Positions 9,344 to 17,633 of a stretch of 64,000 nucleotides of DNA are shown here, in pieces (position 1 is the first letter of the stretch; each line of letters starts with the position of its first letter). A program made the position numbers and the translations under genes. This DNA is from Candidatus Thorarchaeota archaeon (GTDB lineage: Archaea; Asgardarchaeota; Thorarchaeia; Thorarchaeales; Thorarchaeaceae): positions 96,001 through 160,000 of the forward strand of contig JAFGAR010000151.1 in the NCBI GenBank assembly GCA_016933575.1, in the 5' to 3' direction. The notes below the pieces were generated by a model. It was not told where the DNA came from, searched no databases, and saw only the letters and a list, made by a program, of their open reading frames with translations.

Positions 9344-9667
9344 ATGATATCAATGTCTAACGAGTGTAAGTGTATAGGAAAAGAGCCTCGGAAAATCATA
9401 GCTCGTGTGATCAGTCAGGAAGGACATTGTGCCATTGGTCACAAGGTTGGAGATACAATCGAATTTGATCATTATGGTGCAAGAGGTGACATATGCATCA
9501 ATGCACTCTTTACTATGTTGCCTGTAGTCTATGCAATGATGCACAATGCTTTCTTTCCGTGGTCAAAGGACCATTGCAAAGAGCTTCATGCATGCCCAGA
9601 CCCTGAGAATCCAGTAGTTTTCGAGCTGGATAGGTCTCAAAGCATGGAAAGAAAAGCAACTGGGTGA
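9344..9667 (+). CDS. TIGR04076-like small Cys-containing protein
   Basis: G.C..GHKVGD, C..AL....P, CPD..NPVVFEL pattern. Confidence 0.75.
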   Translation: MISMSNECKCIGKEPRKIIARVISQEGHCAIGHKVGDTIEFDHYGARGDICINALFTMLPVVYAMMHNAFFPWSKDHCKELHACPDPENPVVFELDRSQSMERKATG

Positions 9668-9669
9668 GT

Positions 9670-10506
9670 TCAGAGAATCTTGAGAAGCAGAGAATCATAC
9701 TCACCTGGTCGAAACCTAAGATGTAGACGAATACTATCTCCAGCTTTGACCTCGTGGGATTCTTCTAGAGGCAAGAAGACTTCCCTCCATCCATCCTCCA
9801 TCTGAAGAGTGATTTGTCTATTCAGGATGCAATCAAACATTCCACATAATCCATGTAATGTACCATTCTCGACTATTTCGAATTGAAGTATTCTATCGAC
9901 AAAAGCGTCCGGATTTAGTTCTGTCAGATTGAAACTGACTAGCTCTATGAGGTTTGCAAGATCCCTGCTCTCGATTCGATCAGTGGTCTGAATGACGCGG
10001 GGAAAGGTTAGATCTTCGACATTGAATCTAATCCATTGAGTTTCATTTTCAACTGGTACCACAAAAAGATTGACACGCTCAGGAATGATATGACCTGTAG
10101 GTTTCAAGAGTCTAGATACAGCATACGTACTGGCAGGTATTTGCTGTTCGATTAGCATCAGCGATGATAACATTTCGCAAATAACTACATCCGCAAGTTC
10201 AGTTGGGATGAACACAGAATAATGCGAGTTGACGAAGTCTATTCTATCTTGGACACCATTTAACTGAGCAGCTTTTTGAGCGTAGACAAGTGATTCTTTA
10301 TTGATATCGATAGCTGTGACTCTTGCGCCTGCTTTTGCTGCAATAATTGCAAGGACTCCTGTACCAGTTCCTATGTCAATTACATAATCATCAGGTCTAA
10401 CAACTCCCTCAATGGCCTCTTTGAATTTCCTCAGTCTACCCCGATGACTAAGCAGACTCGCAGCATGAAGCACCGAGAATGGTGTTGCATATTCTCTATT
10501 CGTCAT
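9670..10506 (-). CDS. Class I SAM-dependent methyltransferase with PRMT-like core
   Basis: VIDIGTGTGVLA, ADVVICEMLSSLMLIE (double-E loop), RLLKPTGHIIP, HGLCGMFD, W in the THW-loop position. Confidence 0.85.
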   Translation of the reverse strand: MTNREYATPFSVLHAASLLSHRGRLRKFKEAIEGVVRPDDYVIDIGTGTGVLAIIAAKAGARVTAIDINKESLVYAQKAAQLNGVQDRIDFVNSHYSVFIPTELADVVICEMLSSLMLIEQQIPASTYAVSRLLKPTGHIIPERVNLFVVPVENETQWIRFNVEDLTFPRVIQTTDRIESRDLANLIELVSFNLTELNPDAFVDRILQFEIVENGTLHGLCGMFDCILNRQITLQMEDGWREVFLPLEESHEVKAGDSIRLHLRFRPGEYDSLLLKIL

Positions 10507-10601
10507 TATTTTTCCCCTATCAATGTCTCTTTATAATATGAATTATGCAATTTTGTAACGGAAAAAGGGATGTTTATCCCTGATGGAAGGCTGTATATTC
10601 A

Positions 10602-11762
10602 GTGACTGAAAAGGTTCTGGAGTCTGCAAGGAAAGCTCTTGAAGAATGTAGACCGCATGATGCAATCGTTGCACTTGAACCTCTTGTTGAATATGATGAT
10701 GAAGATGTTGACGCACTTGTCTGCCTGGGAATAGCTTATGTTCAAGCCGAGATGCCCGAGAAAGCTGTCGATGTACTCAGTCGAGCAGATGAGCTTGTTG
10801 AAATGCACTATGTAGTAGAGCTCTTTCTAGGACGTGCTCTTTGGGCACTTGGTAAAATTGAAGCAGCTGAAGATCGTATTCGTGAAGCACTGAAACTCGA
10901 TTCGACTGAACCAGAACCATGGATTGATCTCGGTCGAATCATGATGCAAAAAAAGGAATATCGTGATGCTATCGATCATCTTAGACTCGCACTCAGCCAT
11001 TTTCCCGATGAGATAACTCTTGTTTTTCTCCACGCTCTTGTTTTATACAGACTTGGAGATTTCACAGCTGCAACTGAGGAATGGGGGCGTGTTCATAGAC
11101 TTCAGCCCAATCTCATGACAGCAATCTCAAACTATGCATACATTCTACTCCTTCAAAATCGTGTCTTTGAAGCTGCTCCTTTTGTTGGACATGCTAATAC
11201 CATGGATCCTGATGACTATAGGTCTCTTATTCTATTGGGTGAACTTCGATATCAATCTGGAGATCACGAAGGCGCGTTGGAATGTTTTGGTAAGGTTCTA
11301 GATTTAGATCCAATCAATATTGAAGCATTATCAAGAATGGCAGTCATTTCTCATAATGCTAAGAATGATGTTGCGGCGAAGGAGTACCTACGACGGGCAG
11401 AACTTGAATTGGGACGTGATCCAGAATCTTGGAGAGGGCTTTGTTCTTCATATCCTCTATTAGATATGCAGGAAGATTATGTTGACTGTCTTATTCGATG
11501 GACCAAAGCTGATAAAAATTCAGCTGCACCTTGGGTCATACTTGCTCATGAATATGACAAAGTGGGGAAGATCGAATATGCAAGAAATACTTGGCGTGTT
11601 GTGTTCGAACTTCGAGGGTATGTGAAGTGCAGATGTGCATCCTGTGAAAATGAGAAGAGAATACCTTACAACAGCACACTTGGTTTTGATGTGTACTCTG
11701 ATTTGATCTGCGAGTCATGTGGTTCGGTGATGCGTATGCCTGCATCGATGCCAATCGATTAA
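10602..11762 (+). CDS. TPR-repeat protein with C-terminal zinc ribbon
   Basis: Many TPR units; CASC-x20-CESC at the C-terminus. Confidence 0.88.
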   Translation: MTEKVLESARKALEECRPHDAIVALEPLVEYDDEDVDALVCLGIAYVQAEMPEKAVDVLSRADELVEMHYVVELFLGRALWALGKIEAAEDRIREALKLDSTEPEPWIDLGRIMMQKKEYRDAIDHLRLALSHFPDEITLVFLHALVLYRLGDFTAATEEWGRVHRLQPNLMTAISNYAYILLLQNRVFEAAPFVGHANTMDPDDYRSLILLGELRYQSGDHEGALECFGKVLDLDPINIEALSRMAVISHNAKNDVAAKEYLRRAELELGRDPESWRGLCSSYPLLDMQEDYVDCLIRWTKADKNSAAPWVILAHEYDKVGKIEYARNTWRVVFELRGYVKCRCASCENEKRIPYNSTLGFDVYSDLICESCGSVMRMPASMPID

Positions 11763-11776
11763 ACGATGTGAGATGA

Positions 11777-12223
11777 ATGAGTGATAGACGATATCCTTCT
11801 CATCCAATTCCTGGTGTCGGTGCTATAATTGTTGGCAAGAAGGGGATTCTTTTAGCAAGGCGTGATAAAGATCCTGGAAAGAGTCTTTGGAGCATTCCTG
11901 GGGGCGGCGTGGAGATTGGAGAGACTCAAATCGAGGCTGTCCAGCGCGAAGTAAAAGAGGAAACCAATATCGATTGCGAGGTAATTGAACTTATCAGCAC
12001 TTTTGATCTTATAACGCACGATACAGCTGGCAATATCGAATACCATTTCTTATTGAATCACTATCTTGGAAGGGCTCTCAGTGAGAAGACACAGGCTGAA
12101 ACCTCAGATGGTGAAGTATCTTGGTTCCATCCGGATAAGTTGCCACATGATATGGCGAATGCTAGGATCACGAATCTCATATTATCACATCGAGAAAGGA
12201 TACTCCTGTTAATGAGGGCATAA
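11777..12223 (+). CDS. NUDIX hydrolase (ADP-ribose pyrophosphatase-like)
   Basis: RRYP..PIPGVGA; Nudix box GGGVEIGETQIEAVQREVKEETN. Confidence 0.92.
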   Translation: MSDRRYPSHPIPGVGAIIVGKKGILLARRDKDPGKSLWSIPGGGVEIGETQIEAVQREVKEETNIDCEVIELISTFDLITHDTAGNIEYHFLLNHYLGRALSEKTQAETSDGEVSWFHPDKLPHDMANARITNLILSHRERILLLMRA

Positions 12224-12327
12224 TAGACCAAATTGAGCCATTCCTGAAAATTGCTAAGAAATATAAGAATCTCCGTGCTGAACATTTGTTAACAGCAATT
12301 TCCTTTGCAAAGGAAGAGTTGATTACA

Positions 12328-12789
12328 ATGTTCAGAACTATAATCGCATTACTAATAACACTAGTTACAGCTGTTTTGATCGGAGCTTTCCAAATACTAG
12401 GTCTTGATCTTACTACAATTCAAGCTATCATTGGTAGCACAGACATTACCAGTGACCTTATGGTACTCGGTGGAACCTTATTTGCCTCACTTCTATTTCC
12501 ATATACTGCTGCTCAAGCAAGCATCTTTGCACCGCTAGTTGCACTTGGTGTTGCTGGATTTATCGCTGGATTGATTTCTAAGAGTGGTGTTCGCATGCTC
12601 TTTGTTTCAATCTTTGCATTGGTTCTCTTCTTCTTAGGATTCTATATCCTGACCCTTGCCGGTGATCCAAGCAACTTCAATGGCATGTTCACTGTAGCTC
12701 GCAATATGGTAATTGACTTAGGTGTTGCATTCGGACTCCTCTTCATACCTGGAATCATTGGAGCATCACTAACAGCAGAAGACTACTAG
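12328..12789 (+). CDS. Hypothetical membrane protein
   Basis: 4-5 hydrophobic segments. Confidence 0.75.
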   Translation: MFRTIIALLITLVTAVLIGAFQILGLDLTTIQAIIGSTDITSDLMVLGGTLFASLLFPYTAAQASIFAPLVALGVAGFIAGLISKSGVRMLFVSIFALVLFFLGFYILTLAGDPSNFNGMFTVARNMVIDLGVAFGLLFIPGIIGASLTAEDY

Positions 12790-12809
12790 TTAATTTACTT
12801 TAGTAGAAC

Positions 12810-12827
12810 TGGGGGTTTTAACCCCCA
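12810..12827. terminator. Hairpin between convergent genes
   Basis: TGGGGGT-ttta-ACCCCCA. Confidence 0.55.
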
Positions 12828-14363
12828 TCACTCCTTTTTTTCAGAGCTGTTCTTATTTGATGATTTTAGAACTTCCCACATTTCATTGGAAGAGCGTCTG
12901 AGAAATTCATCAAGATGATCCTTTTGTACAAAAGCGCCAGCGGCCATGGGATGACCACCTGCTTCAGCGACAAGCATTCCATGAGTTTCATTCATGAAAT
13001 CGGCAACTGAAACGAAGGTTTCCTTTAGATTTATGCCTCTCTTGATCAAGTCCTTGTAGGCACGACCGGAGAGTTTTGCTAGGGGGCTGTCATTGGTTGT
13101 GTTAATACTCACACCAACCACTGGTTTATCGACGGGAATTATTCTCGAACCTTGGGCCATACCTATGACAACACCGATTATTGTGTCTGGTATCTCTGGG
13201 TCGTTTACGAGATAGAAACCCGGCATAGTAACAAAACCCCCATCCTCAAGACGTCGTAGAGCCATGGCAAGATTCTTCCGATGTTCTTGTAGTAAGTACC
13301 TACCTTCACTAATTGCATCTGGGTCTCCTAGACATACTTTGACGCCAACCTCTGGTTTTCGATTTCTTCCGCATGCATTTAATAGAGTGGAGAATTCTTT
13401 TGCACTTCTCATCTCCGTCTTCTTTGGTCTCTTTGTCAGAATCACAACATCGCCAATCAAGCCTTGAGCTATATTGGGATCATTATATACCTCAATGATG
13501 TTCTGAATTAGGTGTTGAATAATTAGCTGCTTCTCGTCAGATTCAAGACTGACCCATGTTCTCCATTCATCATTTTTATCTTTCAACTCAATATTGAGAT
13601 TCTCAAAGAACTCAAAGCATGCTGGTTCTACTCCAGTAATTCCCGGCAAGTACGGGTCTGTTGCATATTGAAGCAGGTATGGCAGAGGACGTGTATGTAT
13701 CCCAAAGAAGGTAAGGTCTCGGCTTACCTTGAGAGTTCCTGCAATCTCTCCCAATTCGAGTATCTTGCGATTAAGTCCAGTAAAGCCTTTTCCGTAATAA
13801 TCCTGAAGGTCTCCAGTAGCTCCAACAATTGCGAGTTCCGTCAAGTCAAGATTGCTTGGTGATAGAAACAGCGCAAATAGGAAGGCAACACCAGCCCCGG
13901 AGAGTTCAAAGCTGCCATTCAATCCATGTTGGCATGGATTAATTTCTATCACCTTGTTACCCAAAGAGGATGATTCAACTTCAACGATCTCTTCGGAAGG
14001 TAAGTGATGATCTAGCACAATAATATGCTTTAGACTCTCTAATGTTGCAATATGATTCCTAATTAGAGTAATCTGCCCAGTTCCAAAATCACTGAATAGA
14101 ACAGTATCTGGTTGATACTTTTCAATTTCATTTTTGATGTCAATAATTGTTTCCGAATTAATTTGGTGAATATTTCGCCACTCGATCTTCTTATCTTCGC
14201 GTTCAATAGCCTGGATCACGATGGCCAATGCAGAAATGCCATCTGCATCAATATGAGAGAACGCCATCACCTTGTGAGAATCTTTTACGATTCGTGCTGC
14301 ATCTCTGAGGAGTTCTAACATAGATTCCGGTATTGACTCGAGAAGATTTTCCATGTCTACCAC
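12828..14363 (-). CDS. Archaeal RecJ/Cdc45 (GAN-type) DHH-family phosphoesterase
   Basis: HIDADG, DFG, LDHH, INP..G..G..ELSGAG, GD.Q, FG..TRPL...L.Y.TDPY.PG insert, EFSTLLNACGR, GGHPMAAG. Confidence 0.92.
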   Translation of the reverse strand: MVDMENLLESIPESMLELLRDAARIVKDSHKVMAFSHIDADGISALAIVIQAIEREDKKIEWRNIHQINSETIIDIKNEIEKYQPDTVLFSDFGTGQITLIRNHIATLESLKHIIVLDHHLPSEEIVEVESSSLGNKVIEINPCQHGLNGSFELSGAGVAFLFALFLSPSNLDLTELAIVGATGDLQDYYGKGFTGLNRKILELGEIAGTLKVSRDLTFFGIHTRPLPYLLQYATDPYLPGITGVEPACFEFFENLNIELKDKNDEWRTWVSLESDEKQLIIQHLIQNIIEVYNDPNIAQGLIGDVVILTKRPKKTEMRSAKEFSTLLNACGRNRKPEVGVKVCLGDPDAISEGRYLLQEHRKNLAMALRRLEDGGFVTMPGFYLVNDPEIPDTIIGVVIGMAQGSRIIPVDKPVVGVSINTTNDSPLAKLSGRAYKDLIKRGINLKETFVSVADFMNETHGMLVAEAGGHPMAAGAFVQKDHLDEFLRRSSNEMWEVLKSSNKNSSEKKE

Positions 14364-14429
14364 GAATACCTTTTACTCTCTAGAATATAAGTAGGCCTCT
14401 CTTATATCGTGAGTGTCCCAAGAGCTTGG

Positions 14430-14768
14430 TTAATCTGTTGCTCTAAAGACTCTGGATATTGCTAAGAAGAGTATGAGAAACACACTAGCAACTGCTGCAA
14501 TTGCTTTGGCAGCCTTTTGCCAAAAATTAAGTGGTATCTCAATATCACGAAGATCATTCTTCACTCGTTTAAGATATACTCGTTTTTCGGTATAAAGCGC
14601 ATCTTGATTGTCACTCTTTACTGAGAAACGTTCCCAACTCTCGAATAGAGGTGTTTCAGGATTAGTTCTCAACCACTCCTCCCAGAGCTGTAGGATTTCT
14701 TCACGATGTGGTTCTGGGAATCCTTCAATTATGCTACGAATATGGTCTTCCCAATTGTCAATTGTCAT
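14430..14768 (-). CDS. Hypothetical protein with a single C-terminal TM helix
   Basis: Soluble N-terminus; hydrophobic tail AIAAVASVFLILFLAI followed by SRVFR. Confidence 0.7.
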   Translation of the reverse strand: MTIDNWEDHIRSIIEGFPEPHREEILQLWEEWLRTNPETPLFESWERFSVKSDNQDALYTEKRVYLKRVKNDLRDIEIPLNFWQKAAKAIAAVASVFLILFLAISRVFRATD

Positions 14769-14958
14769 CTTTTATTGTGCACCTCTGATTTCCCGGTCAA
14801 GTACTATTAATTTCGACTTAATTTTTCTATTAAATGTTGACTTAATTCCATTCTAGCATTTGTCAATAGCGCGAAACATTGTTTCCAAATTTATTACTCC
14901 TCTTTGCCTTTAAGTAGTCCTAAAGAAGCATTATGTGAATGCTTTCAGGATATTGTCA

Positions 14959-15480
14959 TTATCGCATCTTGGAGATTTCGCGGCTCCACTCTTTGATATC
15001 ATCTCTAAGCTTTTGGAGATCTGAAGGACTTATTGTATCAACGCGACCATAAGTACGAAGAATACGTGTCCATCTCTGCATCTTTACTATGAGACCTCCT
15101 GATGCCCCCTTGCTCTCAAGCATATCTGCTGAATCGTTTATTTTCTGTGCAAGGTCACTAGCAATGACTCCCTCTCGAATTTGAGTTTCAAGAGTATCAA
15201 GTACAGCCTGATGGGATGATACTGCTCCTTTTTGACTAATTGATGGGCCACTACTAGCAGCACTAGGTCCTGCTTGTTTGATGTTCTTTACAGTCTCAAG
15301 TATCTCTTCAATTCTCTCAGCATTGGCGTTCACAGCTAATGCAATATCTGATTGAGCCTCCTGAACCTCAGTGATCTTCGCAATGACCTCAATCATTCTG
15401 TTCAGCATCTGAGTGAGTCTCTCAATGGCTCCATTTATTTCTGTGAGCTTAGCTCTTAGGTACGTGTCTTCTTCACTCAT
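14959..15480 (-). CDS. Coiled-coil protein with C-terminal helical bundle (Vps28-CTD-like candidate)
   Basis: Heptad-repeat N-terminus, Ser/Ala/Gly/Pro linker, C-terminal KMQRW...L......DTISPSDLQKLRDDI. Confidence 0.7.
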   Translation of the reverse strand: MSEEDTYLRAKLTEINGAIERLTQMLNRMIEVIAKITEVQEAQSDIALAVNANAERIEEILETVKNIKQAGPSAASSGPSISQKGAVSSHQAVLDTLETQIREGVIASDLAQKINDSADMLESKGASGGLIVKMQRWTRILRTYGRVDTISPSDLQKLRDDIKEWSREISKMR

Positions 15481-15627
15481 TATGATCCCCACTTTAGTGG
15501 TCTGCGCATCGTCTATATAATATCAGTGACATACTTACTCCGAAGATTAAGCTTTCTGTGGCGTTTACTCTTTATCTATATCAGATGTACATAACCGAAT
15601 ATCTATATTCAGCATCAGAAAACATCA

Positions 15628-15666
15628 CTCCTGACCAGATATCATATCTGGCTGTTCTCAGGAGGT
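15628..15666 (+). promoter_or_regulatory. Inverted repeat overlapping the Shine-Dalgarno of the cupin gene
   Basis: CTCCTGA-CCAGATAT-C-ATATCTGG-CTGTTC-TCAGGAG; SD AGGAGGT at 15660-15666. Confidence 0.5.
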
Positions 15667-15677
15667 AATCTACCCTA

Positions 15678-16031
15678 ATGTATGTGGTCAGTTACAAGGA
15701 GCGCGAATTGAAAGACGTTGAAATGGATGGGGTGCAAAAGGTAACGGTTCGCTGGTTGATTGGGAAACAAACAGGTGCGCGAACCTATGCCATGCGATTA
15801 TTTGAGATAGCTCCAGGTGGTATCATTCCCTTGCACAACCATGAAGAAGAGCATGAGATTTTCGTTCTTAACGGCAAAGCGAAGCTTCTGGGTAATATCG
15901 AGGGTATTGCTAAGAAGGATGATATCGTATATGTTCCTTCAAATGAACTGCATGGTTATGATAATACAGAAGGGAAGGAAGTCTTCAAGTTCATTTGCGT
16001 TATTCCACTAATTGAGAAGGAAAATGCATAA
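15678..16031 (+). CDS. Cupin-domain protein
   Basis: PLHNHEEEHEIFVLNG and VP.NELHGY.N cupin motifs; strong SD. Confidence 0.93.
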   Translation: MYVVSYKERELKDVEMDGVQKVTVRWLIGKQTGARTYAMRLFEIAPGGIIPLHNHEEEHEIFVLNGKAKLLGNIEGIAKKDDIVYVPSNELHGYDNTEGKEVFKFICVIPLIEKENA

Positions 16032-16077
16032 GTTACAACTCACTAGGTATCTTTTTCACTGTACCACGTGAGGCAGG

Positions 16078-16899
16078 ATGAGAGCTGGTAGTATGAATCT
16101 TAGTGGAAAGAAACTCTGGATCTTTGATGTCGATAACACCTTGATTCTAGATGTTGAACACCCGAATCCCTTTGATGATGCACTCAAACTATGGAATGCA
16201 CTTGAGAAAAGAGATGTTACTCTTGCGATTCTAACTAACGTAGGAAGATTATCTGGAAGGCAGGTTCATGAAGCTCTAAAGAAAGCTGGATTTAATCTTC
16301 CTATTGAGAATGTATATACTGCTGGGGCGGCAGCAGCAGCTTATATACATAACAGGTCTTCAGGTGCTCGATGTTTCATAATTGGCGAGGGTGGAGCACA
16401 GGAGGATTTTGTTTCGCATGGTCTTGATGTGACGAATAATCCACCAATTGATTATGTTGCTGTTGGTGCAGACCGCGGCATGACTTTTCAAGAGTTGAAC
16501 TTTGCAACAAAGATGGTAAATCAGGGTGCTCGACTCATTTGTATCAGTGGAAGTCGGGACTACCCTGGAGTATATCTTGGGCAGGAAGATATATACATTG
16601 GAGAACGTTCGATTGTTGCCGCTATTGAACATGCTACTGGAGTTGAGGCTATTGTCGTTGGGAAGCCATTGCCTGAGATTGTTATCGAAACAGTCAAGAT
16701 CTTAGGTTTCGATACTTCTGAATCTATCATTATTGGGGATAATCCTCGATCTGATGTAGCTGGCGGAAAGGCGGCTGGAGTTACTACAGTACTTGTTCAA
16801 CGAGACCCCGATAATATTGTAGACTTTGATTCTGGCGATTTGGATACTACTCCTGATATCGATGTGACTAGTTTGGAAGAGCTCATCGAGTATCTGTAG
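16078..16899 (+). CDS. HAD-superfamily subfamily IIA hydrolase (NagD-like)
   Basis: FDVDNTL, LTN, GKP, IGDNPRSDVAGG. Confidence 0.92.
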   Translation: MRAGSMNLSGKKLWIFDVDNTLILDVEHPNPFDDALKLWNALEKRDVTLAILTNVGRLSGRQVHEALKKAGFNLPIENVYTAGAAAAAYIHNRSSGARCFIIGEGGAQEDFVSHGLDVTNNPPIDYVAVGADRGMTFQELNFATKMVNQGARLICISGSRDYPGVYLGQEDIYIGERSIVAAIEHATGVEAIVVGKPLPEIVIETVKILGFDTSESIIIGDNPRSDVAGGKAAGVTTVLVQRDPDNIVDFDSGDLDTTPDIDVTSLEELIEYL

Positions 16900-16946
16900 C
16901 CAGTCCTCTAAAAACACTCATAGGCTGAAGTTTTCTATGAACACCT

Positions 16947-17633
16947 ATGAGCCCTTCAAGGTCAATTAGATTTGAAACAGGTCCTTCTGGAACAAGCATC
17001 ACAGTGGTTGCGATCACAGAACTAAAACTTGGGAAATCATCCGCTGATTTTGAAAAGTATGAACAAGAGATGTTCGAGGAGATACGATTGCGGAACGATT
17101 TAGAAGATCTCAGTAGTGATTCGTTGCTTCTCTCATATCGCGCAATGCATTGGACGTATGGAATTGATCCGACAAAAAAACGGGGCTCGAGCGAAGCAGT
17201 CTTACGGAGAGTTCTTCAAGGCGAAAATCTTTGGCGTATCTCAGACCTTGTAGATATTGTGAATCTCTCATCAGCCTATCACAAGATTCCAATAGGATTG
17301 ATTGATGAAGCAAAAATTAACGGTCAATTAACTCTTAGGCAAGCCAAGAAAGGAGAACTCTTTCATCGTATCGGTGGTGACACTATCAAATGTCGAGGAC
17401 GAGAGATTGTTCTTGCTGACGATAGTGGAATCGTCTGTTATGGATATGCCATTCATGACTCTGATCGTACCAAGGTTACAAAAGAGAGTACGACTGTATT
17501 GATGCTTCACTATGGTGCTTCTGCTGCCACAAAGGAAATCATCTCAGATGCAACAGATTTCACATCCCATCTAATCAAACGATGGGTGGACTGTGAAGTG
17601 TCTGAACCAATAAGGTATGTATCTCCAAATTAG
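16947..17633 (+). CDS. Stand-alone B3/B4 (PheRS beta editing-like) domain protein
   Basis: YR....GIDPTK.R.SSEA.LRR, LVDI.NL.S....IPIG..D, EIVLADD, DS.RTKVT. Confidence 0.85.
   Translation: MSPSRSIRFETGPSGTSITVVAITELKLGKSSADFEKYEQEMFEEIRLRNDLEDLSSDSLLLSYRAMHWTYGIDPTKKRGSSEAVLRRVLQGENLWRISDLVDIVNLSSAYHKIPIGLIDEAKINGQLTLRQAKKGELFHRIGGDTIKCRGREIVLADDSGIVCYGYAIHDSDRTKVTKESTTVLMLHYGASAATKEIISDATDFTSHLIKRWVDCEVSEPIRYVSPN

Noticed and set aside
15280-15480. SNARE motif in the coiled-coil protein
   Set aside because: The heptads resemble a Q-SNARE, but the Gln is out of zero-layer register, there is no TM anchor, and a generic coiled coil explains it.
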